From positions 31,913-95,912 of the forward strand of contig JBHLQH010000011.1 in NCBI GenBank assembly GCA_048884965.1: 64,000 bases of DNA, given 5' to 3'. This DNA comes from Candidatus Thorarchaeota archaeon. GTDB taxonomy: Archaea; Asgardarchaeota; Thorarchaeia; Thorarchaeales; Thorarchaeaceae. Below, piece by piece: positions 60,716 to 64,000 of this stretch. The notes beneath the pieces were generated by a model, which saw only the letters and a list, made by a program, of their open reading frames with translations, ran no database searches and was not told where the DNA came from. Numbering within the stretch: position 1 is the stretch's first letter; the number at the start of each line of letters is the position of its first letter. The position numbers and the translations under genes were made by a program.

Positions 60716-61902
60716 TCTTCTAATTGGATTTCTTTCCCACTTACAAAGACCTTCTCTACCTTGCTATAGAAATCAAATGGATGTCCGGTCCAAATGACAA
60801 TATCTGCATCCTTTCCTGGTTCTAAGGAACCAACTCTATCGACAATTCCGAGGATCTCTGCAGGATTAATAGTCACGCATTTCAATGCGTCATCTCTGCT
60901 CATTCCTTCCTTTATGACATTCATTGGTAGCAATGGAAAGTAATTCATTGGAGTTAGCGAATCCGTTTGAAGTGCTACTTTTACCCCTGCATTATTCAAT
61001 GCTATCGCAGTCTTGAAACCACGCTCCCTTGTTTCTGGTTTACTCACCCAATATATCGTTGGACCTACTACTGCAGGTACATTCGCCTTTGCGATGAATT
61101 CTGCTATCTTATGCCCTTCAGTACAATGAATTAATACTAGGCGAAGATTGAATTCCTGAGCTATCCGAATTGCAGTAGCAATATCGTCAGCTCGATGAGC
61201 ATGAGCATGAAGTGGAATCTCCCTCTTCAATACTTTAGCGATCATCTCCATCCCTAAATCACGCTTTGGCGGATTTGGCTCTGCCTCTCCTTTCTCTTTC
61301 GCTTGTCTGGTCTTTATTCCAAAGGCTTTCCATTCCTCAAGGTAGTTATGTCCATCAGTGAAGGTCTTTCGTAGCAGTGAGGCAACTCCCATTCGCGTGG
61401 ATGGAGTACGTTTCTCATTTCCATGGACTCTTTTAGGATTCTCTCCAAATGCTATCTTGAGACCTGAAGGTGATAGAACTATCATATCATCAACTACCCC
61501 CGAACCAATTGGCTTCACAACAAATGCTTGTCCTCCAATCACGTTCCCTGAACCTGGTCCTGTATTGATACAGGTCACACCACCCATTACAACTTCCTTC
61601 AAAGATGGCTCGTTGGGATTGAAGGAATCAATACCTCGTAGTTCAGGAGTGATGGGCGTTGTCATCTCATTCCCATCAGCGCCAGCCCATCCTATTGAGC
61701 CATCGAAGAGACCTTGATGTGTATGTGCATCAATAAAACCAGGAAGTACATATTTTCCTGCAGCATCTATGATCTCTGTATTCTGAGGGATTTTTGCATC
61801 TTTGCCAATTGCATGTATCTTTGTTTCATCGAAGATAACTGTGCCATTCTCGATAGTCCCATTTACTGGACAAAGAATGGTTGCATTCTTGATAGCCTTC
61901 AC
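60712..61902 (-). CDS. Metal-dependent amidohydrolase (imidazolonepropionase-like superfamily)
   Basis: PGFIDAHTH, KIAFGENPK, PSTRMG, HAHRADDI, HCTEG, GSLEPGKDAD. Confidence 0.9.
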   Translation of the reverse strand: MKAIKNATILCPVNGTIENGTVIFDETKIHAIGKDAKIPQNTEIIDAAGKYVLPGFIDAHTHQGLFDGSIGWAGADGNEMTTPITPELRGIDSFNPNEPSLKEVVMGGVTCINTGPGSGNVIGGQAFVVKPIGSGVVDDMIVLSPSGLKIAFGENPKRVHGNEKRTPSTRMGVASLLRKTFTDGHNYLEEWKAFGIKTRQAKEKGEAEPNPPKRDLGMEMIAKVLKREIPLHAHAHRADDIATAIRIAQEFNLRLVLIHCTEGHKIAEFIAKANVPAVVGPTIYWVSKPETRERGFKTAIALNNAGVKVALQTDSLTPMNYFPLLPMNVIKEGMSRDDALKCVTINPAEILGIVDRVGSLEPGKDADIVIWTGHPFDFYSKVEKVFVSGKEIQLEE

Positions 61903-61987
61903 TTTCTTCTCCTCTTGCAGGAGTCAAGTCAAAAAACGAGAAAAACCTTCTGTATCACATTCGCATAATTCTTCACGCCCTTCTTGA

Positions 61988-63067
61988 TTGGAAAGGTTCA
62001 AGTCATCGCATGATTTGCTTACATGGTTGAGGGAAATGAGGAACCGAAGAGCTGGTCCTGGGTGTGCGGTATGGGAAACCACACTTAGATGTAATCTACA
62101 ATGTATTCACTGTGGATCTGCGGCAGGTACAGCACGACCTGATGAATTGTCAACCGAAGAATCTCTTGACCTATGCAAGCAGTTGAAAGGAATTGATTGC
62201 GGCGGCATTGCAATGATGGGCGGAGAGCCTCTGGTTCGTTCTGATTGGCTAACAATTGCAAAAGAAATCAAAAGACTTGGGATGTCCCTCTCTCTCATCA
62301 CAAATGGCTACAGAATTCCTGAAAGTACATTTGAAAGTATAGAAGAAATCAAACCTGAGCTAGTGACTGTTAGCTTGGATGGTGCCTCTCCAAAAACACA
62401 TGATTTGATTAGAGGTGTCAACGGATCCTTCAGTCATGCAGTTTCCTCACTGGAACGATTCACGGAAATGGGTTTACCAACTGGAGCGATAACTACAGTT
62501 CACAAGTTGAACTTATCTGATCTCAAAGGTATTCGTCAGATTCTCATGGGAAAAGGCATAGCTTGGCAAGTTCAGATAGCTACTCCTTTCGGTCGTCTTT
62601 CTCGCGACAAGGTACTCTCCAAGGAGGAGTATTATTCTGTTGCAATGTTTGTTGCATCATCTCAAAATGAGTTTACACATGAGCAGTTAATGGTCGCAGG
62701 TGCTCATGATATGGGATATTTCTCAGAATTTCTGCCCTCCGTACAACTGGCACCATGGTCTGGCTGTCAAGCAGGAATATCCACCTTGGGGATTCAAAGT
62801 GATGGAGGCATCCGAGGTTGCCTATCGCTACCTGAATCATTCAATGAAGGGAATATTAGAGATCGCCACTTGAAGGACATTTGGTATGATGATTTGTTTT
62901 GTTCCTATTCCCGTCAGGTGGGAGAAGAAGATATCAGGGGCAATTGTCGAAAATGCAATCATCGAACCATATGCAAAGGAGGGTGCTCTGCAGTATCATT
63001 GTCTCTCTATGGGGAATTGCATCAAGATCCTTATTGCTTGAGACTAATCGAACGGGAGCTTCTGTGA
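61988..63067 (+). CDS. Radical SAM/SPASM enzyme, PlpX/splicease-like peptide or protein maturase
   Basis: VWETTLRCNLQCIHCGSAAG, GGEP, AWQVQ, SPASM GCQAG...GCLSLP...CRKC.....CKGGC...PYC. Confidence 0.9.
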   Translation: MERFKSSHDLLTWLREMRNRRAGPGCAVWETTLRCNLQCIHCGSAAGTARPDELSTEESLDLCKQLKGIDCGGIAMMGGEPLVRSDWLTIAKEIKRLGMSLSLITNGYRIPESTFESIEEIKPELVTVSLDGASPKTHDLIRGVNGSFSHAVSSLERFTEMGLPTGAITTVHKLNLSDLKGIRQILMGKGIAWQVQIATPFGRLSRDKVLSKEEYYSVAMFVASSQNEFTHEQLMVAGAHDMGYFSEFLPSVQLAPWSGCQAGISTLGIQSDGGIRGCLSLPESFNEGNIRDRHLKDIWYDDLFCSYSRQVGEEDIRGNCRKCNHRTICKGGCSAVSLSLYGELHQDPYCLRLIERELL

Positions 63068-63121
63068 ATATCCCATTCCATAATGCAAAGATTATTCTCC
63101 AAATAATGCATATGTTCTATT

Positions 63122-63466
63122 ATGTCGTGGTTTGGAGATTACTCCTTCAGGGGACTAGAGTTTGCTCGAAATCGATTTGGCGAGCGTGCGTACAGATTCA
63201 TTCTTCGGATGGCTAGGGCAAAAACACGTTCAAAATCGGAAAGGACCAAGCTTGTAGAGATTGGAAAATTAGTCGGTCTCAATGCCGCAGAAACTACAGC
63301 CGCGGCAGCTGCGTCCAAAGCGGGATTCACATTTCCGCTATGGCTAAAGATAGTCTTAACATGTATTGCCATAGTTGGAACATTGTATATTGCTAGACAG
63401 GTAATGTATATCCCTGGCACACTCTATGCGAGTATTAAGCCAAATGACTTTCTAATCAATTCCTAG
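63122..63466 (+). CDS. Small single-TM protein, candidate radical SAM substrate 1
   Basis: Basic helical N-domain, TM, tail YIPGTLYASIKPNDF; paralogous to the next gene. Confidence 0.75.
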   Translation: MSWFGDYSFRGLEFARNRFGERAYRFILRMARAKTRSKSERTKLVEIGKLVGLNAAETTAAAAASKAGFTFPLWLKIVLTCIAIVGTLYIARQVMYIPGTLYASIKPNDFLINS

Positions 63467-63495
63467 GAATCAATCCTTATTTGGATTAATTCCTA
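63464..63495. repeat. Imperfect 13-bp inverted repeat between the two paralogues
   Basis: TAGGAATCAATCC-TTATTT-GGATTAATTCCTA (12 of 13 complementary). Confidence 0.6.
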
Positions 63496-63513
63496 TAATG
63501 CTTGGTGATACGA

Positions 63514-63906
63514 ATGAAACCGTTTGATGTGGTAGGCACTGCGCAGAATAGAATTAGGGCGATGAGGAGCAAGCGACTTGGTAGTTACCTTGAGCCAGCT
63601 TTAAGATCAGCAAAGGGCCGCAATATTGAGAATGAGCGGCTTTTACAGATAGGATCGCTCGTTGGTTTGAGTGAGGGTGAGATTAACAGTGCAACTGAAC
63701 ATTATCGTGGTGCATTCAGTCGATTCTGCTCGCGTATGCTTCTCGTTCTCGTTCTCGGTTTCTTTACACTCATCTTGCTAAGCTTTCTAGCGGCTGATTC
63801 GGGTTGGGTGTTATGGGATCTATTGCCGGAAGAACCGATAACCACTTACACTCCTGGTACTAGATATGGAAGTATACATCCCTCTGATTTCAGGTCAGGA
63901 AAATGA
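63514..63906 (+). CDS. Small single-TM protein, candidate radical SAM substrate 2
   Basis: Basic helical N-domain, TM, tail YTPGTRYGSIHPSDF; start could be 63502 or 63505. Confidence 0.75.
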   Translation: MKPFDVVGTAQNRIRAMRSKRLGSYLEPALRSAKGRNIENERLLQIGSLVGLSEGEINSATEHYRGAFSRFCSRMLLVLVLGFFTLILLSFLAADSGWVLWDLLPEEPITTYTPGTRYGSIHPSDFRSGK

Positions 63907-64000
63907 AAATCAACATTGGCTGTGGATCCGTTTACAAGAAGGGGTTCATAAATGTAGATGCATTTGATAGCTCAGTTGCAGATAAAATCATGAATGCGTA

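Noticed and set aside
1-64000. CRISPR arrays, tRNA/rRNA genes, transposases, integrases or prophage genes
   Set aside because: None recognised by eye; intergenic gaps are short. tRNAscan-SE and Infernal were not run, so a small RNA gene could have been missed.

Overview
Gene-dense archaeal chromosomal segment with about 60 CDS. I found no rRNA, tRNA, CRISPR array or recognisable mobile element. Two Roadblock/LC7 genes, a COG1340-type coiled-coil protein, DUF99, DUF2085, an anaerobic oxidative-stress kit (rubrerythrin, NADH oxidoreductase, FprA) and abundant peptide uptake and proteolysis genes suggest an Asgard archaeon, probably Thorarchaeia-like (inference). The best candidate for an undescribed system is at the right end. 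A radical SAM/SPASM enzyme resembling PlpX-type 'spliceases' (61988-63067) is followed by two paralogous small single-TM proteins. Both end in the conserved tail Y-x-P-G-T-x-Y-[GA]-S-I-x-P-x-D-F, and one contains a canonical XYG splice motif. Other highlights: a membrane-anchored subtilase with a eukaryotic site-1-protease (MBTPS1)-like C-terminal domain, divergent from a CPBP intramembrane protease; a cytoplasmic gingipain/C25 (clan CD) protease; a hook-less 431-aa mini-Rad50 with its Mre11; a stand-alone phosphohistidine swivel domain with His replaced by Glu; an EamA transporter fused to an Lrp/RAM domain; two divergent knotted-type carbamoyltransferases; and two orphan degenerate OppD-like ATPases. 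All family calls come from motif recognition by eye; no searches were run.
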